A DNA stretch of 64,000 bases from Oculina patagonica (Eukaryota). The stretch spans positions 25,110,001-25,174,000 of the forward strand of contig NC_135762.1 in the NCBI RefSeq assembly GCF_052425735.1, written 5' to 3'. The position numbers and the translations under genes are program-made. Below, in pieces: positions 11,381 to 23,271 of this stretch. Each line of letters begins with the position of its first letter. Within the stretch, counting starts at the first letter, position 1. The notes beneath the pieces were generated by a model. That model saw nothing but the letters and a program-made list of their open reading frames with translations. It was not told the DNA's origin and ran no database searches.

Positions 11381-14300
11381 GTCAGTCATGTCTCTGTTTG
11401 GAGCAGAGAAATCAGGAAACACGTCCGTTATTTTAGCTCATACGCCTCTTTTCTGTAGCAGTATCCTTTTACTAGTCTCTATCACATACAAATAAACGTT
11501 GTGTCTGTTGTTGTTGTGTTATTGTGTTGTTACTTGGTATTGTGTTTGCTCAGTCTGTTTTCAAGCTACTAACTCAAAGTTATTTTCATTGTTAATCTTT
11601 TCAGATCTCTCACTGAAGATGCTAAAAAGTAGCCAGCCAAGTTGCTTACGGGTTTATCACTATTATAGGCTCATGTTTAGAACAAAATAAAGGCAAAAGT
11701 TAATTCGAGGCTCTGTGCTACTTACTTAAGGTTTTTTAAGACTGTTTATGCATATACAGTCAACCCTCTATTTAGCGACTCACTATTAAGTCGTCACTAA
11801 TCAAATTCCCGGAAGTCGCTCCACATACTTTGTATAAATTACACTTCCATTAAACGGTCACCCGCGCTCACCATTTACACTGCATTAAGACTTCCCAAAT
11901 GGCTAATTTGTATTGTATTTCACCTCTATTAAACAGCAACATTTTTATATACTTACTTACTTGACACAAAGGTAAGCAAAGTACACCCACGAAATTAGGC
12001 TAAACGTTCCTAGATCATAGACAATCATATTACGGTTTTGTTTCTTTTTTCGTTTGGCCGTCCCTTTTTTTAGTCTCCGTTTACCGTCGTCCGACCCACC
12101 CAAATTTGGGGTATTTTAAAAAAAGTTGTGATATTAGAAATCAAAGACTATTCCAGCGATTGCTGGAAAGTCGTGGATGCTCGCAGATCGCAAAAGAGTG
12201 TTCAGTGGTGGTTCATCTGTTTTCGTTTTTCTCAGTTGATTTTAACCACTATATCGATCTTTTCTTTCTCCATTGTCGCCATGTTGATTTTGTGACCACG
12301 TTTCGTTGTTTCCAGGCTCTTAGTTCCAGCTTTCTCCTGAGTTTTTTTTAGTCGACCGACCGACCCAAAATTAGGAAACGCATTCGACAGTAAATGGGGA
12401 CGGTCTTAATTTAGTTTTATGTTGAATGTGATGGCAAAACTGCTGAAAACGTAGATAACAGAAAAGGTATATTGACAGTGTCAAGTATTATTGACTACGT
12501 TTTCACGTCATTTTTTGTTGTTTTTCCAAACTTCTCAGCCAATCGTAAATAAGCCAATATTTCAAGACGCAATTTATTTTGAAAAATACTACTAAAAGGG
12601 TGTGTTTGGTACGTATCCCGATTATTATTCACCCTTAAGAAGGACCAGTTCCAAAGTCTTCTCTTAGTAAGTGATGTTAAGAAACACTGGCCGCCCAAGA
12701 GCAAGAGCGACATTCTAAAGATCCCCTAGTACTATTCGGATACAGAGCCCCCACCCCCTCCCCCTGGGGATGGTGGTAGCTATTTTCTACGACTTTGTAC
12801 TCGATAATACAGTTCATAAGGCGTTCCGCTGATTGTATGAATAGCAAACCTCGTATTGGCCAAAAAAATGACACATAAAAGCGTAATATAAACTGTGAGG
12901 ACAGAAGTTAATTAAAAGTGGGATGAGGCGAAATTTAGTTAATTAAAGTTCTTTGTAGTAAAAGTTAAACAAATAATTTTACACGTATAGAATCCGTCCA
13001 AATGTTGAAATGTGGATTCTTTCTTTTGTTCTTTTTTTCGATAATTGTTTGCTTTGCTATTTCTAATTAAAACGTAGACTTATCGAGCTTCACACACGGA
13101 CACTAGAATGGCATCGGCAAGTGTTTAATACTCTTAAGGTTTTGCTATAATCGCTAGCATTTTATCCTAAGCGCATTAGTTTGTAATCTACTTTTAAAAG
13201 CATACAAGTGTCGCATGCGGCATCCGGACCTTAGTTACGGCGCGAATTGTATCGTGTAAATGAAACCCGGGCTTGCGCACGACTGCCTTGGCAAAGACGT
13301 GCACAAGTAAATGGCTTCCATGTCGTACAGACGTCTGACGACAGTTAAATAATGTCCAAAGCATGTCAATCAGTCCGAGTTCATCAGTTACATAAAAATT
13401 AATATAAAATAGATTAGTCTGCGTTTTTTGTCGAAGAAAAAGAAAAAAAAGGGATGATGATTTAATGGTCAGTACAATCGATCAAAAAGCAAATTTCGCC
13501 AATCGCGAGTAATAATTGGACTGTACATCAAAAAGTGTGGAATTTTGCATGTCTTGTAGTTCTAAAGAGAAAGTAAACCGCGATCTTTTGTGGCCAAAAA
13601 CCTTAATCTGGCAATAAAAACCAAATTCATTAACTCTATCTGTGAAATTTCTCGCTATAAAAGTAGCATATCTATGTTTTAAACCTATGTGTCATTTAAA
13701 CTACAAAAGCTAAAAAAGCTATCTAGAGTATTAAAGCAAAACAATTTATTTTAAAAGGCAATTTCTTCATAGAGTTTTCCATATTTGTTTTATTTTAAAT
13801 TAAAATTGAGCCACTCAACAGACGTTGTTCAAATACAGCTTCCGTATATTTATTTCAAAGTGAATGCAATTTCGTGAAATGCAAAAGAGAAGTCATGTAC
13901 CACCTTAACGTTAATTCTCCGTTGAATAACTTTGTTGCCATAAATTGGCCATAAGCTATATTTAATGTTAATAGTTTCCGCCTACTCGACTGCTTACAAA
14001 TCCATTTTCAGTTGACCACTAGCTTTCATTCAAACGCTACACGGGTGGCAGTCTTGAGCGACAACTGGCGCCCTTTATTTAAGTCTCTACAAAGAAATTT
14101 TAAGTGTGTTTTTATTCCCAGAAGCAGATGGGCTTTATGTATACAAAGACGATTGTGTCAAAGCAATCAAAAAACACATTATCGACTGGATTTGGAAAAC
14201 GTATCAAGCTTGCTATTTGACACTGAAAACAAAGCTTACAATACTGAAAGACTTTTAAGCTCTCTTCCGTAAGTATATATTGCTTTTAAAAATTTTAACG

Positions 14301-15455
14301 GATTTAATTTCTTAGCCGCAAAAATAAAACCAATATGTCAGATTTTTAGAGCAATTTGATATTGAATTTCAATATACGCCTCGAACTAACTATTTTTCTA
14401 TCATTGGTAACACTCAAGCTGTTTTGAAAACTTTGGTGAGCTTTATCATTAAGAGACTTTTTTTCAAGTAAAAACCAGTAATCCGATATCAAAGTACGTG
14501 AGGTTCGGTAGTGCTAATTGTTGACAACAAACGTTAAAACTCGCGTACACGTTCAACAACGATCACGTTTCTAACTATAACGCATCACGGAAAAATTTTC
14601 ATAAACCGAAAACACATTTCATTATAATTGTAACAACGTACACAAAGTCAAGTTTATAATTCGGTGGAAATTTTAAACTAAACTTTAATATTTATTAAAA
14701 TGAGGTGTAAAATTCTCTTAATAGGCGTCATTTTCATTCTAAATTTTGAACCTTGAGAAAAACTTTAATCAAGGCGAAACTATGGATGAATTAAAGAAAC
14801 TATCAATATTTTATGACCCAGCATTGAAACAAAGCTATCTGGATAATGAAAAACAAAACTTATCTTTGCTATAACACAGAGATATCTGGTTTTCAATTCG
14901 TAAAACTAACGACTGAGTGATAATATAAAAAAATTCTAAACTCTGTCTTTAGAAGAACACGAGTTCCTTTCCGAGAACCGATGTTCAAAATTCAACAGCG
15001 CTCCTTCTGTCAAAATTAAAAGTAAACACATAATATGAATTCTGTGTTTGCTGAATGGCTTAATTCCTCCCATGTCTAGTTCATTTTAAAGTCTTTGAGC
15101 GGTGAAACGAAAATATGCCAATATAACTGATAAAAATTCGCTAGCTAAATTGTTTACAACTACATATAATGATACCATATTTTTTTCCGTCACCAGCTTT
15201 ACCACCGAAAAGAAAAACACATGAAATATGAATGTGCTGGCCGTGAGACGATCAAATCAAAAGCGAGAAAAGTATTGCTTTGTTTTTGTGAGGTAAACAT
15301 TACGTGCTTCATTAGTTTTTCTGCGGTCTGCAACGAACTCGCGAGTCCTCTGCAAGATTAGTATTAGTTTTAAAGGAGCTGGCCCTCCTTTGAAATTAAA
15401 ATTCAAGAGTTCCAGCAGACGAAAGCCGTACAGACAGAATAACGCGACGTTTATC

Positions 15456-16748
15456 ATGGGCCTACAAAATGGCACAAAATTGGAAAGAAATTTGGACACG
15501 CCGTCGCAAACTTCAAATGTGTATTTTGCCGTTGTGTTGATTTTAACAGCTGTTGTTAATATAACTTCAAATGTGCTAGTGCTGGTCATTCTAGCGAGGA
15601 ACAATCGTCTTCGAACATGCACAAACTTTTTTATCGCCAATTTGAGCGTTGTGGATTTATTGGCTGGTATCGTTCTTATACCCGCGGCTGCCGACTCACT
15701 TTTAGCACAAGAATGGCGAATGGGCTACGACGAAATCTGCGCATTCTACGGATTTTTAAATTCACTTTATGGAATCGCTTCCTCATTAACGGTAGCGGTA
15801 ATTGCTTTGGATCGCTACCACAGTATTTTGAACTGCCTTCAGTATGAAACAATTGTAACACAACGAAGAACAGCCTTGGTTTTAACATGGATTTGGCTAC
15901 AAGCAACTTTTGTCTCATTGTGCCCGCTTGTGGGTTGGGGAACCTTTTCGCTAAACCCTAGTCAACGCTGCTCTTCGCCTCTCCCAGACAAAAACGGATT
16001 TATTTTTTTCAAAACAGCTAGCTGTGTGGTGCTTCCCTACGCCATTACCGTGTTTTGTTACACCAGGATTCATGTAGTTGCAAGAAGACACGCTAGAACA
16101 ATTGTAAACATTCAGATTCGCGACGCGCGAAACCGGCTCAAAAGTGGAGTAAATCTCTCGGCGTCGAAAAAAACAATCATGGTTTACGTTGTCCTCGGCG
16201 TGTATACAATCTCTTGGATACCTTATTATACTGTAAACCTTTTAATAACTGTGTACCCCGAAGTTAAACTTCCTGAGCGATTTGTATTAGCTGCGACGGT
16301 ATTGTCTCTAGTGAATTCAGCTTGCAACCCTATTATGTATGCATTAATCACAAGCCAATTCCGAAATGGATTGAAACGGGTTTATCGCCGAATTCGACGC
16401 AGTATTTTTTCGGGTGATGTGAGACATTTAAATCCAACCGGTCCACGCGGAGATTCTCGCAGTTCATGGACTTTTACTAGATCGAGTGCGAAAAGATTTT
16501 TCACAACGAGCCAGGATCCAGCCCGGCCGAAGCTCGTTATAGACTTGAGCCCGGTGTGCGCTGTTATTAGGGAGGAAGAAAGCTCTATGAATACGCGCGC
16601 GCCAGAAAAAGCGAATGTTGGAAATGCTTCGTCTGTCTATCCGTTGACATTACAAGTGCCGAACGAACAATGGCATAAAAGCAATAGAAAAGCTGCTAAA
16701 GCTTTAGCGGATGTTGATGTCAAGAAAAATGGATGGGTAGGGGACTAG
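15456..16748 (+). CDS. Class A (rhodopsin-like) orphan GPCR, GPR161/GPR135-like, intronless CDS, 430 aa from first ATG
   Basis: Seven hydrophobic segments; SN in TM1, NLSVVD in TM2, C3.25, LDRY, W4.50 (TWIW), LP...CY in TM5, SWIP in TM6, NPIMY in TM7; N-glycosylation site NGT. Confidence 0.9.
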   Translation: MGLQNGTKLERNLDTPSQTSNVYFAVVLILTAVVNITSNVLVLVILARNNRLRTCTNFFIANLSVVDLLAGIVLIPAAADSLLAQEWRMGYDEICAFYGFLNSLYGIASSLTVAVIALDRYHSILNCLQYETIVTQRRTALVLTWIWLQATFVSLCPLVGWGTFSLNPSQRCSSPLPDKNGFIFFKTASCVVLPYAITVFCYTRIHVVARRHARTIVNIQIRDARNRLKSGVNLSASKKTIMVYVVLGVYTISWIPYYTVNLLITVYPEVKLPERFVLAATVLSLVNSACNPIMYALITSQFRNGLKRVYRRIRRSIFSGDVRHLNPTGPRGDSRSSWTFTRSSAKRFFTTSQDPARPKLVIDLSPVCAVIREEESSMNTRAPEKANVGNASSVYPLTLQVPNEQWHKSNRKAAKALADVDVKKNGWVGD

Positions 16749-18324
16749 ATTTAAAGTGTTTTACTTCACTTCCAATGTCAGATGGAGGAATTAATTTCGC
16801 GTGAAAAAATAAATGAAATGGATCAAACAGCAGGTCTTTGGTCCATGTAATATATACTGTGATTACACAGAAATTAATTTTCAGGGATCTGTCATAAGAT
16901 AGAAATTTCCTGCAAGATTATGCGATAAAAATGACCACATTAATTGATGGTGATTTTATTGGGTATCGATACCTCGCTGAAATGTGTATTTTGGGGGCTA
17001 TAAAAATGATATTTCTAATAAGACGTCTGACTTTTTGTTGCCGCTTTTTACCATTTTTTCTTTTTAGAGAACCATTGAAAATGCATCGTTATAAGACACT
17101 TGCGTAAATGCTTTTTATTTTGAGTTTTTCTTTTAAAAAAAGAAAAACTTAGAGTTTCGAGTTGTTGGATTTTTGCGCATGTGCGCGTTCATTGGCAAAA
17201 AAATTAAGACGGATTTCGCTCAAAGTTCGAGCAATACGTACAAAAATTAATTTACAAAATATCTACTCGTAGCACGGTAACGTTTTGAATATTACACCGT
17301 TGAGATATCTCACTTCATTCATTCCTCTAATAAGTGACCCCGCGATTAAATTCTCAAGCGTTCTCGCGAAAGGTAATCAGAGCTTAAGTTTCGATAAGTT
17401 CTTTTTGCTAACTTTACTTTTGCCTTCATTGTTCGAATGTTGAGCTGAAACTGTCTTAACAATTTTTCCCTTTCCCGTTTTATTTTTCACACGGTAAAAA
17501 TAACAGGTGGAATTCCGTCTGGGTTCGCAGGTTAGTTTTTTTCCTTAAATCTAGCTAATTTGTCAGAATTGTACACTTGCGGCATTTTTGAAAAGACTTA
17601 TCTTTTGTGTTTGTATCCATTGCTTATCATCTTATCATGTTTTTACGTCAGAGTGGTTTCAAAATACGTAAGCACCGGAATTGCGTTCAGATGATCCGAC
17701 ACGAGTGGTAACGGTCGGTCTGACGCCCACTTTCATTTAGAAACACGAAATACAGTGAATTGAATTAACTCTTATCCACAAAAAGGAGATCCCCTATATC
17801 ACAAAATCGAACCACTATCACTGAAACAATTTAATACACTTTTTTGAAGCCTCAAGGTGAAAACTTACTACCCTAACACGCCGATGTGAATGCTACCCAG
17901 AGAGCCGTCCCCAGGCGTCATTGCATTCCGTCGGCAAAGCGTGGCTGCGCAGGGCTTAAGTACTACAACTCCACGCGTACCGAGCGCGAGCACGATCAAG
18001 AAGAGGCCTTATTCCATAACATTTCTTGGAAAGATCTTTTGCGTGGTTCATGACCAGCAGGGGTTTTGGATTCTAAAATCAAAATTGGGTTTAACCACGC
18101 AAACATGTTTTACTCGTACATGTTTTACGGGGAAATTCGAAAAAAACCTTTTCTTTCCGATTAACGATGTTAGTTCTAGATATGAAGCTCATTTCAGAAA
18201 ACCATTGCACCTTGATTTCCAGTTTGTCTTTTCATCCATTTTTCTACTGCAAACATCTTATTTGCTTTTTCTACTGCTAAAATTCTTAAAATATTATTTG
18301 CCTTGTTCCCTGCTAATGTAAAGT

Positions 18325-18392
18325 TAGCCTGCGTTGCAGACGAACGAAACCCCGGTATAGTCCGGGGTTTCGTTCGTCTGCAACGCAGGCTA
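18325..18392. mobile_element. 68-bp perfect-hairpin mini-transposon, Academ(H)-like
   Basis: 31-bp perfect TIRs (TAGCCTGCGTTGCAG...) around a 6-nt loop; 9-bp target duplication ATGTAAAGT at 18316-18324 and 18393-18401. Confidence 0.8.
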
Positions 18393-18394
18393 AT

Positions 18395-19083
18395 GTAAAG
18401 TCTGCGTTCGGGCCTAGAGTCCCACCTTATTTCCTCAATTACCGTATTTATTCGATTAAGCGCCCTGGGTGCTTATTTAATTTTTGGTCTTTGAGAGTGG
18501 GCGCTTATTCGAGTTGGGCGCTTATTCGAGTTGGGCGCTTATTCGAGGCCGGGCGCTAATTAAATTTTCACGATTTTCAGCAAATATTAAGTTTATTTTT
18601 GTAACAAAACAATAAATAATAACAGAACGTGAAGGTGTACCAAAGCAGAATTTTATCTATTCACTGGAAGTTTCTGTAAAATACTAAGAAAACTCGGTCA
18701 TGGAGGAAGTCTTCTTAGTAGTAATTAGTCAATTTCAAAAATCAATACTCCTCTTCAATATTTTTGTGTGGGGTAGGGGTGGGCGCTTATTCGAGGCTGG
18801 GCGCTTATTAACTTTTCTTACCTTCAGGGTGGGCGCTTATTCGAGGTTGGGCGCTTAATCGAATAAATACGGTAAATGCCCAAGCTTATCCCGGTTTCCG
18901 AAGCGTTACTAAAACCGAGAAGGAGTACTTCTACTCCTTCGTCCCTGGATGGGATAGTAGTCTCTCACAGGGTTACTCTCAGCTTTAAACTCGCCGGTAC
19001 CCATTTATACACCTGGGTTGAGATATATATAGGCACTATGAAAGTAAATTGTCTTGCCCAATTGCAAGAACACAACGCAGTGA
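18395..19083 (-). mobile_element. Degenerate tRNA-derived SINE, interrupted by a MITE
   Basis: Reverse complement of the SINE at 34645-34954 (GCTTATCCCGGTTTCCG...GGTACCCATTTATACACCTGGGT...AAGAACACAACGCAG), split by 18442-18872. Confidence 0.7.
18442..18872. mobile_element. Tc1/mariner MITE with GGGCGCTTATTCGAG subterminal repeats
   Basis: TA|CCGTATTTATTCGATTAAGCGCCC ... GGGCGCTTAATCGAATAAATACGG|TA. Confidence 0.85.
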
Positions 19084-19716
19084 TCTCGTAAGTCTTAAAA
19101 AAATTAAAACGGATTGACCGCGCGCCGAAGGAAAGCCCTTGCCGCGGTCGTGCTCACTGCATCTGGTATCACTGGTGGATCTAGCTCTCGCTCGGCAAAT
19201 TGCTCAAACGTTACTCAAAAGTTTCAAAAGCTCTCTAAAAATTCAATTTTTTCCTCAAACATTTGAAACTGCTCGACGTAAAAATGAGCTATTTTGGGGC
19301 AAAATTTAACACTGTTGAAGAACACCGAAAATTCCGAAGATGAAGATTGCAAATAGTTCTTTGGCAAAAGAAGCCAAAGACCAACAAGGAACTGTGACAG
19401 TTCGTCCGATAAGCTCGCGTTCTCTCACTCCGAATGCGAGCGAGGAACAGCCCGGACGCCCGACCAACAAAAACACAACACTTTTTTTATTGAGAACCGG
19501 AGTCGTCCGAAAATTTCCGAAGATTTTGAAGATTTGCAAATAGTTCTTTTTTGGCTTTTTAAAAGAAGCCAAAGACCAACAAGGAACTGTTGACTTTGTA
19601 GTTCGTCCGATAAGCTCGCTGTTTCTTTGCTCACTCCGTAATGCGATTGCTTGAGGTACCACAAAAAAGTTGACCAAAATTGCTCAAAAAATGTTGCAAG
19701 GGACGGCACCAGGGAG

Positions 19717-19771
<55 letters not shown>

Positions 19772-19810
19772 CAATCAATCATTCATTCCCATCAATCAAT
19801 CAATCAATCT
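19717..19810. repeat. (AATC)n microsatellite
   Basis: Tandem AATC units. Confidence 0.9.
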
Positions 19811-20928
19811 TTTAAACTTGTTATGAGAGATTTTTTCCCAAGTTACTTTTATATGTATCTTAAGATCTCTGTATACCTAAACTATATTAGTTTTCACAAC
19901 ATAACTTACGAAAACTAAACAGATTATATTTTCCATGCTCTCTACATAGTAACACCTCAGTGATCAATCATTCATTAATCAATCAATCTATCAATAAGTC
20001 AATTAAACATAAGCCACTGGACTAAAATTTGAACCATCCAAAGTATGTGTCACACATTTCAGTCTCTCTACTTCAGAAAACAAACCAATAAGCTGTTACT
20101 TCATTTACTTCAAACATTTCTTGAGCTTTGCTACTAAACTTACAAATATTTATAAGCAACGTCCCATCCAAAACAAGACAAGTGCAGGTGAACATTGCTG
20201 AGGTGACTATTAATTCCACTGGATATTTCATTTCGTGTGCATAACAGGTACAATGCCCCCAAGACATTCTGCAGTGTTCCCTGATCTCTGTGATAAAAAT
20301 GCTGACTCTCATCCTAAATTATCACCTATCGAAAATTCAAAGATTTAGAAAATCATCTCTATTTCAGCTCTTCCCTTTTCCTGCATGTTTTCTTTCTTTT
20401 CTTTTCCACATTAAAAACAATAACACCATATGGGACATATGGCCTTGCGTGACAGAGGGCTTACAATTTTCAGGTATCAAGAGACAACTGCGGCTACCTT
20501 ATTTTCTCAATTAAACGCCCCCGGTGTATTTCAAACTTGGCCTGATGGACCTGGTATTTACTGAAGTCGGCGTTTAGTCGCGGTCCTACGTTAATTCGAG
20601 AAAATATGGTACAACTCGACATTGCCTGTTCTCTGTCACGCAACGCTCTCGAAAGAGAGGGTCAGAGAGGGTAGCGTTGCGTGACAGAGAGAAGACGCTT
20701 AATGTATTATTGACAAAGGTAAGCAATGTTTAGCGTGTAAAATAATCATTCCCCCGATTTTAGAATTTTGTTCCAACACAATGTCTACACTGAGATCCAG
20801 AAAGGAATCAAGTTCGTCCAAAAAAAATTGTTGTTTACGACATTTGCGTGACGACAATTGCGTGACGTTAAGTAAACCAAGCCTAATTGCAATTTCAATT
20901 GAACTCACCCCATTGAACAGTCACCGTC

Positions 20929-21846
20929 CTACAAACTTGTCTTGTTCCACTCTACTCCATAAAAAATAGATCCTTCTGGGTACAAACAAGCTTCTCTTCT
21001 TATTCCAAACTTTTGTTCAAGTTCCTTTACCACCTCTTTCTCTCCATTTAGAAGCTTTCTGGTTTTCTTCACTCTATTGTCCGGCAAATATGTCGAGGTC
21101 ACAAGTTTGTTTCCTGAGAGAGTTATTCTTCCCCAGGGTTTTGCTACAGTGCAGATGCGATCGTGGGTAAATGGTGACCTTGGATCTGTTTGATGGAAGA
21201 GTAACATGTCGTGGAAGTCGTGAATGGTTTTGGGAACTAAATCGAATTTGTATCTTGGTACCCAGCCGGGGTTGTCCTCGCAGCTGAATAACTTCTTCGC
21301 GCCTTCTTCGCAGCCGAACTCGTCAAGCACAATTTTAATTCTTTCTTCGAAGATGTATTGATCTCCATGTTTCCTAATTCGGTCTGATCCACTTTGCTGC
21401 ACTTGACCTTCCAACAAGCCACTCAATCGAAGCGGTGGAGAAGACAAGTACCCGAACCCAACGTCAGATAGCCACACATCGCCTTCAATGTCTATTGCAA
21501 GAACGACATGACTTGGTGGACTTAGACTGCCCGTCTTGTAGTTGAACACTGAAGCAGCGTGTAGTTTGTGTTTGAATCCAAAATGAACAAGGAGAAGAGA
21601 AAACATTCTGTTAACCTCATAGCAAAATCCACCGCGATGTCTTCGCACGATTTTGTCGAACAGCCAATTTTTGGAGAGAATTATTTTCTCCTTTCCAAAC
21701 ACGCTCAAGTTTTCAAATGGCACTGATAAAATATGACATCGCTGCAGTGCTGTTAACGCCTCGATAGTTGGTTCTATGGGTCCTGTATAGTGAATACGAG
21801 CTAAATATTCTTCTACTTCGTCTGGGGCGAAATGCTCTTGCGCCAT
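20929..21846 (-). CDS. NAT: Arylamine N-acetyltransferase (NAT) copy 1, 305 aa
   Basis: YLARI, VPFENL, RGGFC (catalytic Cys), SHVVL (His), DVGFG (Asp), SPFT; single exon. Confidence 0.92.
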   Translation of the reverse strand: MAQEHFAPDEVEEYLARIHYTGPIEPTIEALTALQRCHILSVPFENLSVFGKEKIILSKNWLFDKIVRRHRGGFCYEVNRMFSLLLVHFGFKHKLHAASVFNYKTGSLSPPSHVVLAIDIEGDVWLSDVGFGYLSSPPLRLSGLLEGQVQQSGSDRIRKHGDQYIFEERIKIVLDEFGCEEGAKKLFSCEDNPGWVPRYKFDLVPKTIHDFHDMLLFHQTDPRSPFTHDRICTVAKPWGRITLSGNKLVTSTYLPDNRVKKTRKLLNGEKEVVKELEQKFGIRREACLYPEGSIFYGVEWNKTSL

Positions 21847-22089
21847 GATCGAGGATTAGTGTTGTGTGACACATCACGTTTATCCGCTGGATAAGAGTCA
21901 CGCGGGCACTGGGATCGTGGCGGTGAGTTCGATATTCAGTCAACGATAGACGTTTATATCGGAAATCAATCGATATTAAAAACAACTGATTGATCTTGAT
22001 TAATATCAGTAATCGAATAGCATAATAGCATCAATCATTAAGCTCAGAAAATTGTTATCGATTGGCAAAAATCGATAAAAAATGATAAT

Positions 22090-22203
22090 TCAACATCGCT
22101 GCAGTTCTGTTAACGCCTCTATAAGTGGTTCTGTTGGGCCAGTATAGTGAATATGAGCTAAATATCTTTCAACTTTGTCTGGGATGAAATGATCCGGTTC
22201 CAT
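22090..22203 (-). pseudogene. 5' fragment of a NAT gene
   Basis: Minus strand translates MEPDHFIPDKVERYLAHIHYTGPTEPLIEALTELQRC*; homology stops there. Confidence 0.85.
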
Positions 22204-22353
22204 TTTGCTAAGTCTACTAACTATGGCTAAGTTTACTCACAATTCGATCTCTGAACCCGCGTTTTCTTTTACCAGCGGATATACGCGAGAAGTCACGCGA
22301 CACGTCACGCGACAATTCTCAGTCTGACTTCGATTCTACTTCCGCAATTATAT

Positions 22354-23271
22354 ATGGAGCCAGAGCATTTCACCCCAGACGAAGTAGAGGAATATTTAGC
22401 TCGTATTCACTATACAGGACCCATAGAACCAACTATCGAGGTCTTGTCCGAACTGCAGCGATGCCACATTTTATCAGTGCCTTTTGAAAACTTGAGCGTG
22501 TTTGGAAAGGAGAAAATAGTTCTCTCCAAAGATAGGCTGTTCGAGAAAATTGTGCGAAGACATCGCGGTGGATTTTGCTATGAGCTTAACGCGATATTTT
22601 CTCTACTCCTCGATTATTGTGGATTTAAACACAAGAAACATGGGGCTATCGTGTTCAGCCGCAAAACAGGAGGCACATCACCGCCCTGCGATCATGAGAT
22701 TCTTGCGATAAACATTGGGAACGAACTCTGGTTGACTGATGTTGGGTTTGGTGGTTCGTATCTGAGGCCTATTCGTTTCAGCGCCTTGCCAGATCCTCAA
22801 GAACAACAAAGTGGAATTTATCGATTTCGTAAAGATGGAGACGAATTTTTCTACGAAGAGAAAATTATAATCATTGTTGATGAGCTTGGGCGGGAAGAAA
22901 GGGTAAAGGAAAGTTTTACCACTGACCCCGAATGTGCTCCGAGGTACAAATTCGATCTCATTCCAAGAACCGTTTGGGATTTCTACGATAAGTTACGCTT
23001 TCACGAAACAGATACAAGGTCACCATTTACCCACGATCGTATATGCACCATGGCAACGCCCTCGGGAAGAATAACTCTTGCTGGTAGCAAAGTGATAACT
23101 TCAACATATCTGGGAGATAACAAAATCAGCAAGGAAACCAAGGAACTTCTGGGTGGAGAGGAAGAGATAGTGAAGGAACTTGAACAGAAATTTGGAATTA
23201 GAAGAGAAGCCTGTTTCTACCCAGATGGCTCTATGTTTTACGGATTAGACTGGAGCAAAGAAACTCTGTAG
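22354..23271 (+). CDS. NAT: Arylamine N-acetyltransferase copy 2, 305 aa
   Basis: PFENL, RGGFCYELN, DHEIL, DVGFG triad motifs intact. Confidence 0.92.
   Translation: MEPEHFTPDEVEEYLARIHYTGPIEPTIEVLSELQRCHILSVPFENLSVFGKEKIVLSKDRLFEKIVRRHRGGFCYELNAIFSLLLDYCGFKHKKHGAIVFSRKTGGTSPPCDHEILAINIGNELWLTDVGFGGSYLRPIRFSALPDPQEQQSGIYRFRKDGDEFFYEEKIIIIVDELGREERVKESFTTDPECAPRYKFDLIPRTVWDFYDKLRFHETDTRSPFTHDRICTMATPSGRITLAGSKVITSTYLGDNKISKETKELLGGEEEIVKELEQKFGIRREACFYPDGSMFYGLDWSKETL

Noticed and set aside
15456-16748. Opsin or biogenic amine receptor
   Set aside because: No retinal-binding Lys in TM7 and no Asp3.32
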